DNA of 64,000 nucleotides, from the NCBI GenBank assembly GCA_002683215.1, contig NYSY01000137.1:2300-66299 (forward strand), given 5' to 3'. The notes beneath the pieces were generated by a model. The model saw only the letters and a program-made list of their open reading frames with translations, ran no database searches and had not been told where the DNA came from. Positions 34,994 through 42,678 of this stretch are shown here, one piece after another. The translations under genes were made by a program, and so were the position numbers. Numbering within the stretch: position 1 is the stretch's first letter; each line of letters starts with the position of its first letter. This stretch comes from Planctomycetaceae bacterium. Lineage in GTDB: Bacteria; Planctomycetota; Phycisphaerae; Phycisphaerales; SM1A02.

Positions 34994-37900
34994 TCAATAC
35001 GCGGGGAAGCCGACGCCCGGCGTCTGAGGCACCGCGAGTCCGACGCCGAAGGTCGTCTCGTCGCGAATGAGGTCGTAGCCGATGGTGAAGGTGAAGTTGA
35101 AGTCCGGCGTCTTGCGGACGATCGACGCGGTCGCGGCTCGGAATTCATCGCGACGGAGGTCGTACTGCGGGGACACCGCGAACTGGTAGAGCCGGCCGAT
35201 CCGGTATTGGAGGCCGACCTGCAGGATCTCGTCGAGCGTCGCGGCGAGATAGCGGTACTCGATGTACGAGCTGGTGTCCGGTGCGTGAGTCATCTCGAGG
35301 CCCACCGATCCCCGGAGGATCCCGTTGATGGTGCGGAACTCGGGTGACGATTCGCCGTTCGTGAGGTCGACGACCTCGCGTGGATCCCACGCGAAGAGTC
35401 CCGAGCCGGCGAGGGCCAGCGAACTGCTGATCTGCCACACCCCGCTCGCGTAGCCGTGGGTTCCCCACTGGCTGAGTTCCGGTTCCCACGAGAAGAACTG
35501 CGGGTAGGGCGACTGCGCCCAGGCGTAGGCGTTGTAGCCGCCGCCCGGTCGGATGAGGTCCTTCCGCTGGAAGTCATCGGTGGCATCGTTGAAGACGGCG
35601 CCGTAGTTCATCGCCAGCAGGTCGACCGATTCGCGGTTGCCGGGGCCGCCGCGTTGCGTCTGGAGGGTGTGCCTCGCGCCGATCTGGGCGACCGTGCCCC
35701 CGGTCGCGCCTTCGATCCGCTGATCGTAGAGCGGGAATGCGCCATCGGGCAGGGAGTCCCAGCCCCACCAGAGCGTGGTGTTCGGCTCGATGATGTGTCG
35801 GAGCCGGTGGACGTCGAAGAAATCACTGCGGGCGGTGTTGTCGACCTCGACGAACTTGGTGCTCGCCCGGGCGCCGCCGCCCAGCATCACCCGATAGTCA
35901 TCGAGATCCGAATCGATCCCGGATTCCGTTCGGTAGTCCTGCCAGTTGCCATCGAGGTACCCGGTGAACCGCCCGAAGACGAATGGCGAGACGTTCCATC
36001 CTTCGCCGGAGATCGGGAGCGCGAATTCCTGACGGGTGTGGAATCGCTGCACGACGTCGTCGTTGTATCCGGCCCCCGCGTAGAGCGAGGCGACCGAAGC
36101 GGTGGAATCGGTCGTGGCGAAGTTCTCCGGATCGACGCCGAGCGTCGCCGCGGAGCCCGCGGTCGGGGTGAGTCGCATGCTCGAGAAGCCGTAGGTGCTC
36201 GACCACGTGACGGTCTCGAGGATGTCGTCACCCTCCCGGTCGTAGAGGATCTCGGGGAGCTTGTCGACCTGATAGGGCTGGCTGGCGATCAGCCAGCCGT
36301 TCGAAAGGAAGTCGTTGATGTTCTTCTTGGCGAGCACCGAAAGCGACGTGTTGTCCGGGCTGTAGTCGAGGTAGAGACTGGTCTCGTACTCCCGACGGCT
36401 GTCGTAGTCGCGTTCTCGCCAGGAGGTCGCCCAGGTTTCGTCCGAGAGATAGGAGAGCTGGGCCTCGAGGAAGAGATCGGCGGAGAGCACCGCTCGATAC
36501 TCGCCGACCGCCTGGCCACGCAGACCCCGGGAGATCTCGACGTCTTCGCCGGCGGCGGTCCGGTCCGTTCCGCCGAAGTCGTAGAGTCCGTAGAGGTCGA
36601 TTTCGCCGTTTCCGCTCACGCCGCCGATGCCGGCGAGGTCGAGGTCGAGCCCCACCGCGGGGCCGCGTTCGAGGAAGCCGTCGATCAGGAGATCCGCGGC
36701 GACCCAGTCCGGCTCGGGGATTCCCAGCATGCGGAAGAGGTCCCAGGTCGTACCCACTTCGAATCCCTTGTCCTTCTCGTAGCCTCCTCGCACGCCTTTC
36801 AACGGCGGCTCGTCCGCGGTGCCTTCGAAGCCGGGCCAGTAGAAGAACGGAATGCCGCCGGCGTTCATGGTGAGCCCGTCACCCTTGACCCAGGTCGTGG
36901 TGCGGCCTTCGGCGTCCGGGCGTTCGGTGACCGTGACGCGCTCGAGGCCGATCGAGAGGTGGGGGGTGAAGAATTCGCTGGTGGAGATCGTCGCCCGGTT
37001 CGCGGTCCATTGATCGGTCGACAGCTGCCGCATCTCCTCGGCCCTTGCGTACACCGGGAGGTTGCGTCCGCGGCGGGAGTAGGTCCGGAGGACGGCGTCC
37101 ATGATCGTCGCGCGGTTCCCCGGAAGGTCGTAGTAGATGCTGGAACCGCGCATCGTGTAGTCGCCGTCGCTGGCGCGGACCGCGCCTTCGAGGAAGATCC
37201 CCGTGATCGACTCCGCCTCGACGGTCGCGGTTCCCTCTCGAAGGCCCTTGATGGTGCCGGGCACGAGGAACACCACGCCTCGGTCCGAGACGAGGGAGAG
37301 TCTGCGGAGATCTTCGCCGGTGTTGGTCCCGTCGTAGTCGATGACCACCGAGCCCAGCACGATGATCGCGTCGCGATTCTCATCCACCACCACCTCGTCG
37401 GCGTTGAAGGAGACGAGGCCGCGCGGATCGAAGATCGGCAGATCACCACCACCCCGGACGGGTAGTTCGATCTCGGTGGGACCGGGTCGGTTGGAGGTGG
37501 GCGTCTCGCGGACGATCCGGCCTCCGGGTTTCAGGATCGGTTTCGGGGGCCCCGGCGGGATCTGCACGTCCAGTCGGGTACCGAGCTTCGGCAGTGGCGG
37601 CGCGGCGAGCGTTCGCAGGTATCGGGCGAGTCGCTGTTCGCCGCGGACCACGGACGTGTTTCGAATGGGGCCGTCCTCGAGCAGGATCGTCCGCAACGCG
37701 ACCTTGCCGTCGATCGTCGCGGTCACCAGCACGTCGCGGCCGCTGGCACCGAGCCCGGCTCGTCGCGTCGGTTCGGAGACTTCGGGGAACCAGAATGCGG
37801 CCTGAGTCACCAGGCCGTCCTTCGTGGGGAGCCGGTTGATCCACACCAGGGCGAGGTCGGCGCGGAACGCATAGGTCCCGAGCACGATCTCGACATCGCC

Positions 37901-38149
37901 TTCGAGGACGAGCCGCTGGGTGTCGTCGGCGGTCCAGTTGGTGGCCTTTTTCGCATCGATCTCGAGGTCGTGCTGGACCGGCAGGATCGGGAGGACGAAT
38001 CCCCCGAGGCTCGAGCCGTCGATCGCGACCCGGCGAGTGTCGGGGCCGGGGGCGTCGTCTCGGGCGATCTCCAGCGCGGCGGCTGCGGAGGCGGATCCGG
38101 CGAACAGGCTCGTGAAGGCGAGCGCCGCGATGGAAAACAGGAAGTTCAT
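34994..38149 (-). CDS. Giant outer-membrane beta-barrel protein, LptD/OstA-like
   Basis: 1051 aa. Signal peptide MNFLFSIAALAFTSLFAGSASA. N-terminal OstA-like strand pattern (LVLEGDVEIVLGTYAFRADLALVWI). Long region of alternating aromatic/Gly beta strands. C-terminal beta-signal ending GVGFPAY. Confidence 0.6.
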   Translation of the reverse strand: MNFLFSIAALAFTSLFAGSASAAAALEIARDDAPGPDTRRVAIDGSSLGGFVLPILPVQHDLEIDAKKATNWTADDTQRLVLEGDVEIVLGTYAFRADLALVWINRLPTKDGLVTQAAFWFPEVSEPTRRAGLGASGRDVLVTATIDGKVALRTILLEDGPIRNTSVVRGEQRLARYLRTLAAPPLPKLGTRLDVQIPPGPPKPILKPGGRIVRETPTSNRPGPTEIELPVRGGGDLPIFDPRGLVSFNADEVVVDENRDAIIVLGSVVIDYDGTNTGEDLRRLSLVSDRGVVFLVPGTIKGLREGTATVEAESITGIFLEGAVRASDGDYTMRGSSIYYDLPGNRATIMDAVLRTYSRRGRNLPVYARAEEMRQLSTDQWTANRATISTSEFFTPHLSIGLERVTVTERPDAEGRTTTWVKGDGLTMNAGGIPFFYWPGFEGTADEPPLKGVRGGYEKDKGFEVGTTWDLFRMLGIPEPDWVAADLLIDGFLERGPAVGLDLDLAGIGGVSGNGEIDLYGLYDFGGTDRTAAGEDVEISRGLRGQAVGEYRAVLSADLFLEAQLSYLSDETWATSWRERDYDSRREYETSLYLDYSPDNTSLSVLAKKNINDFLSNGWLIASQPYQVDKLPEILYDREGDDILETVTWSSTYGFSSMRLTPTAGSAATLGVDPENFATTDSTASVASLYAGAGYNDDVVQRFHTRQEFALPISGEGWNVSPFVFGRFTGYLDGNWQDYRTESGIDSDLDDYRVMLGGGARASTKFVEVDNTARSDFFDVHRLRHIIEPNTTLWWGWDSLPDGAFPLYDQRIEGATGGTVAQIGARHTLQTQRGGPGNRESVDLLAMNYGAVFNDATDDFQRKDLIRPGGGYNAYAWAQSPYPQFFSWEPELSQWGTHGYASGVWQISSSLALAGSGLFAWDPREVVDLTNGESSPEFRTINGILRGSVGLEMTHAPDTSSYIEYRYLAATLDEILQVGLQYRIGRLYQFAVSPQYDLRRDEFRAATASIVRKTPDFNFTFTIGYDLIRDETTFGVGLAVPQTPGVGFPAY

Positions 38150-38195
38150 CTGCCGGAGATGCTACCGATCACGGCGGCATCCGGCTCGATTCGGA

Positions 38196-39203
38196 TCAGA
38201 TGCGATAGCCGATCATGCCGGGTTCCGTGGCCGTGAACTCCTTGAGGAGCGTCATGATCGAGATCCCCACGAACGTGAACACCGCCATGAGCACCGCGGC
38301 CTGCCACATGCCGAGTCCGACGAACCACGCGGTTCCGTAGACGCCATGCCACATCGCGCCGTACCGGCGGAGCTTTTCCGCGGCGAGCGTGCCGTGGATC
38401 GGGCCGGCCTTCCGCCAGGCGACGGCGACGAATCCCACCAGCGCGAGAATCGGCCAGATCACCACGGTGGCGGTTCGGCCGTCGGGAAGGACGCCTCCGT
38501 CGGGATCGCGATTGACGGCGATGCCAAGGAGGACGGCGGACCAGAAGAGCCATCCAAGGGCGATCCCGATCCCTCCCAGCGGGGTCAGACGCGGCCGCTT
38601 GCCTTCGAGGATGTGCCCGAGGATCGAGATGGCGAGCACGTGGGAGAACACCAGCCAGACCGGTAGAAGAAAGGCGAGCTGGTGGTTCGGCACGAGCATG
38701 TGGGCGACGTGGACGAGGCCCGCGACGATCACCCCGACCGCCGGCAGGTGCTTGCCTGCGGCGTTGTAGAAGAGGGCCGCGGTGGCGGCGATCACCGCGA
38801 GGATCAGGCCACCCGTGCCGAACGGGATGGCCGCCGCGATGGCGGCGAGCAGCGCGCCGATGGCGATCACGACGGCCTGCCCCGCCCTGATCCGTCCGGC
38901 GGGGAGCGGGCGATCGGGGCTGAAGGTGGCGTCATGGCGGACGTCGAGGAGGGCGTTCAGCGTGGTGGCGAACGCGAACAGCCCGATCGAGAGGACCGCG
39001 GCCACCACCAGATCGACGACGAGGGGGATGTCGTTGACCGGAAGCGAGGCGTATCGCGGGTCGGATCGCGTGAAGAGCACCACGAACCAGACGTCGGCGA
39101 TCGCGCCGAAGACCAATGAGAGCCTCGTGAGCTGGAAGGCGGTCAGGAGCTTCGCGGCAAGCCTCGGCATCGCGGTCGATGCTACCGATCGGGGCGGGTT
39201 CAC
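38196..39203 (-). CDS. UbiA-superfamily prenyltransferase (polytopic membrane protein)
   Basis: 335-aa ORF from a GTG; an in-frame ATG at 39170 (MPRLAAKLLTAF) is a plausible true start. NxxxDxxxD motif NALLDVRHD. About 8-9 hydrophobic helices. Confidence 0.75.
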   Translation of the reverse strand: MNPPRSVASTAMPRLAAKLLTAFQLTRLSLVFGAIADVWFVVLFTRSDPRYASLPVNDIPLVVDLVVAAVLSIGLFAFATTLNALLDVRHDATFSPDRPLPAGRIRAGQAVVIAIGALLAAIAAAIPFGTGGLILAVIAATAALFYNAAGKHLPAVGVIVAGLVHVAHMLVPNHQLAFLLPVWLVFSHVLAISILGHILEGKRPRLTPLGGIGIALGWLFWSAVLLGIAVNRDPDGGVLPDGRTATVVIWPILALVGFVAVAWRKAGPIHGTLAAEKLRRYGAMWHGVYGTAWFVGLGMWQAAVLMAVFTFVGISIMTLLKEFTATEPGMIGYRI

Positions 39204-39268
39204 GTACGATGGCCGGTCCGGATCCGACTTCCGGACGCTCTCGCACCGTGATCCCAGGAATCGTCCCG

Positions 39269-39751
39269 ATGACCCGTTCCGCCACCATCAGCGCCGACGC
39301 CGCCGGTCTCCGGATCGCGGTACTCGTGAGTCGCTATCACACCGAGATCACCGATGCCCTGGAGAAGGGGGCCCGTTCGGCCTTCGAGGCCGCCGGCGGT
39401 GATCCGGGAATGCTCGAGGTCTTCGACAGCCCGGGCGCCTTCGAACTCGCGGGGCTCGCCTCGGTCGCCCTCGAGACCGGCCGATTCGACGCGGTGGTCT
39501 GCCTCGGCTGCGTGATTCGCGGGGAGACGAGTCACGACGCGTGGATCAACGGTGCGGTCGCGCACGAACTCGCCGCGTCTTCCTCCCGTCACGGACGTCC
39601 CGCGGCCTTCGGCGTGATCACCTGCAACGACATCGATCAGGCGCGGGCCCGCGCGGGTGGTGATCGGGGCGACAAGGGAGTCGAGTCGATGGATGCCGCG
39701 ATCGCCGCGGTTCGAACCGCAGCCAGGATTCGAGCGGGAGCAGACGCATGA
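39269..39751 (+). CDS. ribH: 6,7-dimethyl-8-ribityllumazine synthase
   Basis: Start moved to MTRSATISADAAGLRIAVLVSRYH. VFDSPGAFELAG and CLGCVIRGETSHDAWI are RibH signatures. Confidence 0.9.
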   Translation: MTRSATISADAAGLRIAVLVSRYHTEITDALEKGARSAFEAAGGDPGMLEVFDSPGAFELAGLASVALETGRFDAVVCLGCVIRGETSHDAWINGAVAHELAASSSRHGRPAAFGVITCNDIDQARARAGGDRGDKGVESMDAAIAAVRTAARIRAGADA

Positions 39752-40152
39752 AGTACGACCGTGAAGCCCGTCGATGCGCCCTTCAGGCGATGTACCAGTT
39801 CGATGCGGGCGGCCTCGACGATCTCGACACGGTTCGTGAGACGCTCGAGGGTTCGGGCGCCTCGGAATCGGCGCGGGAGAAGGGCTTCGCACTGGCGACG
39901 CTGGCGTGGGAGTTTCGGGATGAGAGTGACCAGATCATCCTGGGGTTCTCACCCGACTGGCCGATCAACCGCCAGCCGATGGTCGATCGCAATCTGCTCC
40001 GGCTCGCCTTCTACGAGATCCGTCGGGGCGGCACGCCGCCCCGGGCCGCGATCAACGAGGCCGTGGAGCTCGCGAAGGAGTTCGGCGGGGAGAAGTCGCC
40101 CGGCTTCGTGAACGCCCTGCTCGACAAGGTGATGCGGGAGGAGACGCCGTGA
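39748..40152 (+). CDS. nusB: Transcription antitermination factor NusB
   Basis: 134 aa, REARRCALQAMYQFD...NRQPMVDRNLLRLAFYEI...INEAVELAKEFG. ATGA overlap with the ribH stop. The ribH-nusB order is the conserved arrangement. Confidence 0.9.
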   Translation: MKYDREARRCALQAMYQFDAGGLDDLDTVRETLEGSGASESAREKGFALATLAWEFRDESDQIILGFSPDWPINRQPMVDRNLLRLAFYEIRRGGTPPRAAINEAVELAKEFGGEKSPGFVNALLDKVMREETP

Positions 40153-41096
40153 AGTTCTTCCGGAAGGCGGTCGACGCGGTCCGGCAGGGTTTCGCACGGA
40201 CCGCCACGGTCCTCGGCGGCGGGCTTCGCTCGTTGCTTGCGGGGCGACGGCTCGACGACGACGTCATCGACGAGATCGAGGCGTCGCTCATCGGTGCCGA
40301 CGTGGGCGTCGGCGCGGCCACGGAAATCGTCGGGGAGCTTCGAACCGCCGTCCGAGCCGGTGAACTGGAACGCGGCGAGGACGCGATCGAATTCCTGAAA
40401 GACCGCCTCAAGCGACGGTGGGACGACACGCCGATCGACATCGCGGTCGCCGAACCCGGGCCGACCGTGGTCCTGGTCGTGGGTGTGAACGGCGTCGGGA
40501 AGACCACCAGCGTGGCGAAGATCGCGCACACCCTCCGGCAGGAGGGGCGAAGCGTGGTGCTCGCAGCCGCGGACACGTTCCGTGCCGGTGCGGTGGAGCA
40601 GCTGGCGACCTGGGCCGATCGACTCGGTGTCGACCTCGTTCGCGGGGCCGCGGGCGCGGACCCGGCAGCGGTGGTCTTCGACGCCGTGGATGCCGCGATC
40701 GCTCGGAAGGCCGACGTCCTGCTCGTCGACACCGCGGGGCGTCTCCACGTCGAGGCGAATCTGATGCGACAACTCGTGAAGATCCGCGAGGTCATCGAAC
40801 GCAAGATCCCCGGAGCGCCCCACGAGGTCATGCTCGTGCTCGACGCGACCAGCGGACAGAACGGACTTCAGCAGGCCGCGGTCTTCGGCGAAGCGGTCGG
40901 GGTGACGGGCATCTTCCTCGCGAAACTGGACGGGACGGCTCGGGGCGGCATCGTGGTCGCCATTCGCGACGCCCTCGAGGTGCCGGTCAAGCTCGTGGGG
41001 GTGGGGGAGCGGGTCGAGGACGTGCAGCCCTTCGACGCGAACGGCTTCGTCGACGCGATGTTCGAGTCCACGGCCGAATCCGCCGCAAAACCCTGA
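40149..41096 (+). CDS. ftsY: Signal-recognition-particle receptor FtsY
   Basis: 315 aa. G1 VVGVNGVGKTTSVAKIA, DTAGR and LAKLDGTARGG motifs. The GTG overlaps the nusB stop (GTGA). Confidence 0.93.
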   Translation: MKFFRKAVDAVRQGFARTATVLGGGLRSLLAGRRLDDDVIDEIEASLIGADVGVGAATEIVGELRTAVRAGELERGEDAIEFLKDRLKRRWDDTPIDIAVAEPGPTVVLVVGVNGVGKTTSVAKIAHTLRQEGRSVVLAAADTFRAGAVEQLATWADRLGVDLVRGAAGADPAAVVFDAVDAAIARKADVLLVDTAGRLHVEANLMRQLVKIREVIERKIPGAPHEVMLVLDATSGQNGLQQAAVFGEAVGVTGIFLAKLDGTARGGIVVAIRDALEVPVKLVGVGERVEDVQPFDANGFVDAMFESTAESAAKP

Positions 41097-41248
41097 TTTC
41101 GAGGCCGGGGCCCGCCTTGGGGGCCCCCCGCGAGGTGAGCGCTCGAATCCGAGGATCGGGGCGTGGCGAAGCGACTCGGGACTTCCTTCTGGAACCCACG
41201 GGTCGAGGGCCGGTATCCTCGACGTCGTCTGCATCTGAAAGGTGGCCG

Positions 41249-41944
41249 ATGCTTCCGATCTCCGCTGATCGAATCCGACTCGCCGAAACCGGGCTTCGCG
41301 GCCTTCGGCCGGGCTTCACGCTCGTGGAGACCCTCGTGGTACTTGGAATCATCACGCTGCTGGTCGGAATCACCGTCCCGACCCTTCGCGTGATGCGGGA
41401 GGAAGCCAGGTCCACGGAGTGCCGAACCACCCTTCGGGAACTCGGACTGGCGCTCAGCGCCTACCGCGCGAACATGGGCGATCGCATCCCATCGTGCGAA
41501 CCGCTCCCCGCCGTGGTCGGCGCGGGCGAGACCGAAGGTGGACTTCCCGAAGTCCTCGACGGATACATCGATCGAAACTGCACCTGCTGGGTCTGTGGCG
41601 CGGACACGGATCCGGAGAGCACCTCGACGGGGACGAGCTACCTCTACGTCCCCGGCCTGCTGCGATACGCACCGCAGGTGCAGATCGCGGTCGGACAGGC
41701 CCTGATTCCCTACCTCGAGAGCGGTGAGTGGGATCCGGCCCAGCTGGAACGGATCCGTCGCGATCTCGAGTCGAGGGAGCTGATGGGGATCTTCGATCAC
41801 GAAGTCGGCCGTCGTCTGCCGATGTTGATGGACAGTCAGGACCGACACCCCATCGGCGACCTGGTACCCCGAAACGCGCTCTTCAACGACGGCAGCGTCG
41901 CCCAGATGCGTGAGACCTTCGCCGAGATGGAGGACGACGGATGA
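41249..41944 (+). CDS. Prepilin-type N-terminal cleavage/methylation-domain protein (pseudopilin, DUF1559-like tail)
   Basis: C-terminal 231 codons of ORF 40418..41944. 21-aa leader, then G/FTLVETLVVLGIITLLVGI. C-terminal NALFNDGSV resembles the conserved end of planctomycete-type pseudopilins. AGGTGG upstream. Confidence 0.8.
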   Translation: MLPISADRIRLAETGLRGLRPGFTLVETLVVLGIITLLVGITVPTLRVMREEARSTECRTTLRELGLALSAYRANMGDRIPSCEPLPAVVGAGETEGGLPEVLDGYIDRNCTCWVCGADTDPESTSTGTSYLYVPGLLRYAPQVQIAVGQALIPYLESGEWDPAQLERIRRDLESRELMGIFDHEVGRRLPMLMDSQDRHPIGDLVPRNALFNDGSVAQMRETFAEMEDDG

Positions 41945-42678
41945 ACGTGATCACCAGCACCGTCGACGACCTCCACGACCGGTTTCTCGAATTCATCGAC
42001 GGCCGAGAACGTTCCCTCGCGATCACCGCCGGCGGCGGCCTGCTTGCGATCATCCTTCTGATCGCCGGCAGCATGTGGTGGAGCGCGCAGTGGCGGCCGC
42101 CCCCGAGCATCTTCGACTCCCCGGTGGACGACGTCCTCGGGTACCTCGCGCTGGACGATTTCAACGCCATGAGCGTCGAGGAGCGAATGCGTTACCTCGG
42201 TCAGTTCGCCGCCCGTTTCCAGGGCATGGCTCAGGAGGAGTCGGCATCCATGGCGGCGTTCCTCGCAGGCCTGACCGGCCCGACCCGCGAACAGATGCGT
42301 CAGAACGCACGCACCCTCGCGAAGGACGTGCTGCTCGACGGAGCCGAAGGCTACTTCGCGGTCGCCGCGGAGGATCGGACCGCGTACCTCGACGACTGGA
42401 TGGCGGGATGGCAGCGGTCCGCGGAGGAGATGATGGGCCGGGACTCCGGCAAGGACGACGCCGAACGCGCCGAGGACATCCGCGAGGATGCCCGCCGCGA
42501 CATGACTCGAGCGCGGGATCCCTCCCGGATACCCGGCTTCGACGGCCGCGACGCGGAACGGTTCATGGGCTTCTGGCAGAGCGACATCGAAGTCGCGAGC
42601 ACGCCGAGGGAACAGGGGCAGATCATCCGCTTCCTCGACGATCTCCGGGTCCACCTCGCGAAGCCGCCCGGGGCATGA
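41941..42678 (+). CDS. Single-pass membrane protein, helical, acidic; unknown function
   Basis: 245 aa. TM LAITAGGGLLAIILLIAGSMWW. ATGA overlap at both ends (with the pseudopilin stop and the hrpB start). High GC3. Confidence 0.65.
   Translation: MNVITSTVDDLHDRFLEFIDGRERSLAITAGGGLLAIILLIAGSMWWSAQWRPPPSIFDSPVDDVLGYLALDDFNAMSVEERMRYLGQFAARFQGMAQEESASMAAFLAGLTGPTREQMRQNARTLAKDVLLDGAEGYFAVAAEDRTAYLDDWMAGWQRSAEEMMGRDSGKDDAERAEDIREDARRDMTRARDPSRIPGFDGRDAERFMGFWQSDIEVASTPREQGQIIRFLDDLRVHLAKPPGA

Noticed and set aside
35456-37465. 669-aa plus-strand ORF opposite the LptD-like gene
   Set aside because: Val/Glu/Arg/Gly-rich shadow. The minus strand has a signal peptide, beta-barrel periodicity and a C-terminal aromatic beta-signal.
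39171-39268. Possible FMN riboswitch upstream of ribH
   Set aside because: Only about 65-100 nt separate ribH from the divergent UbiA-like gene, too short for an FMN aptamer plus expression platform. I saw none of its conserved core segments.
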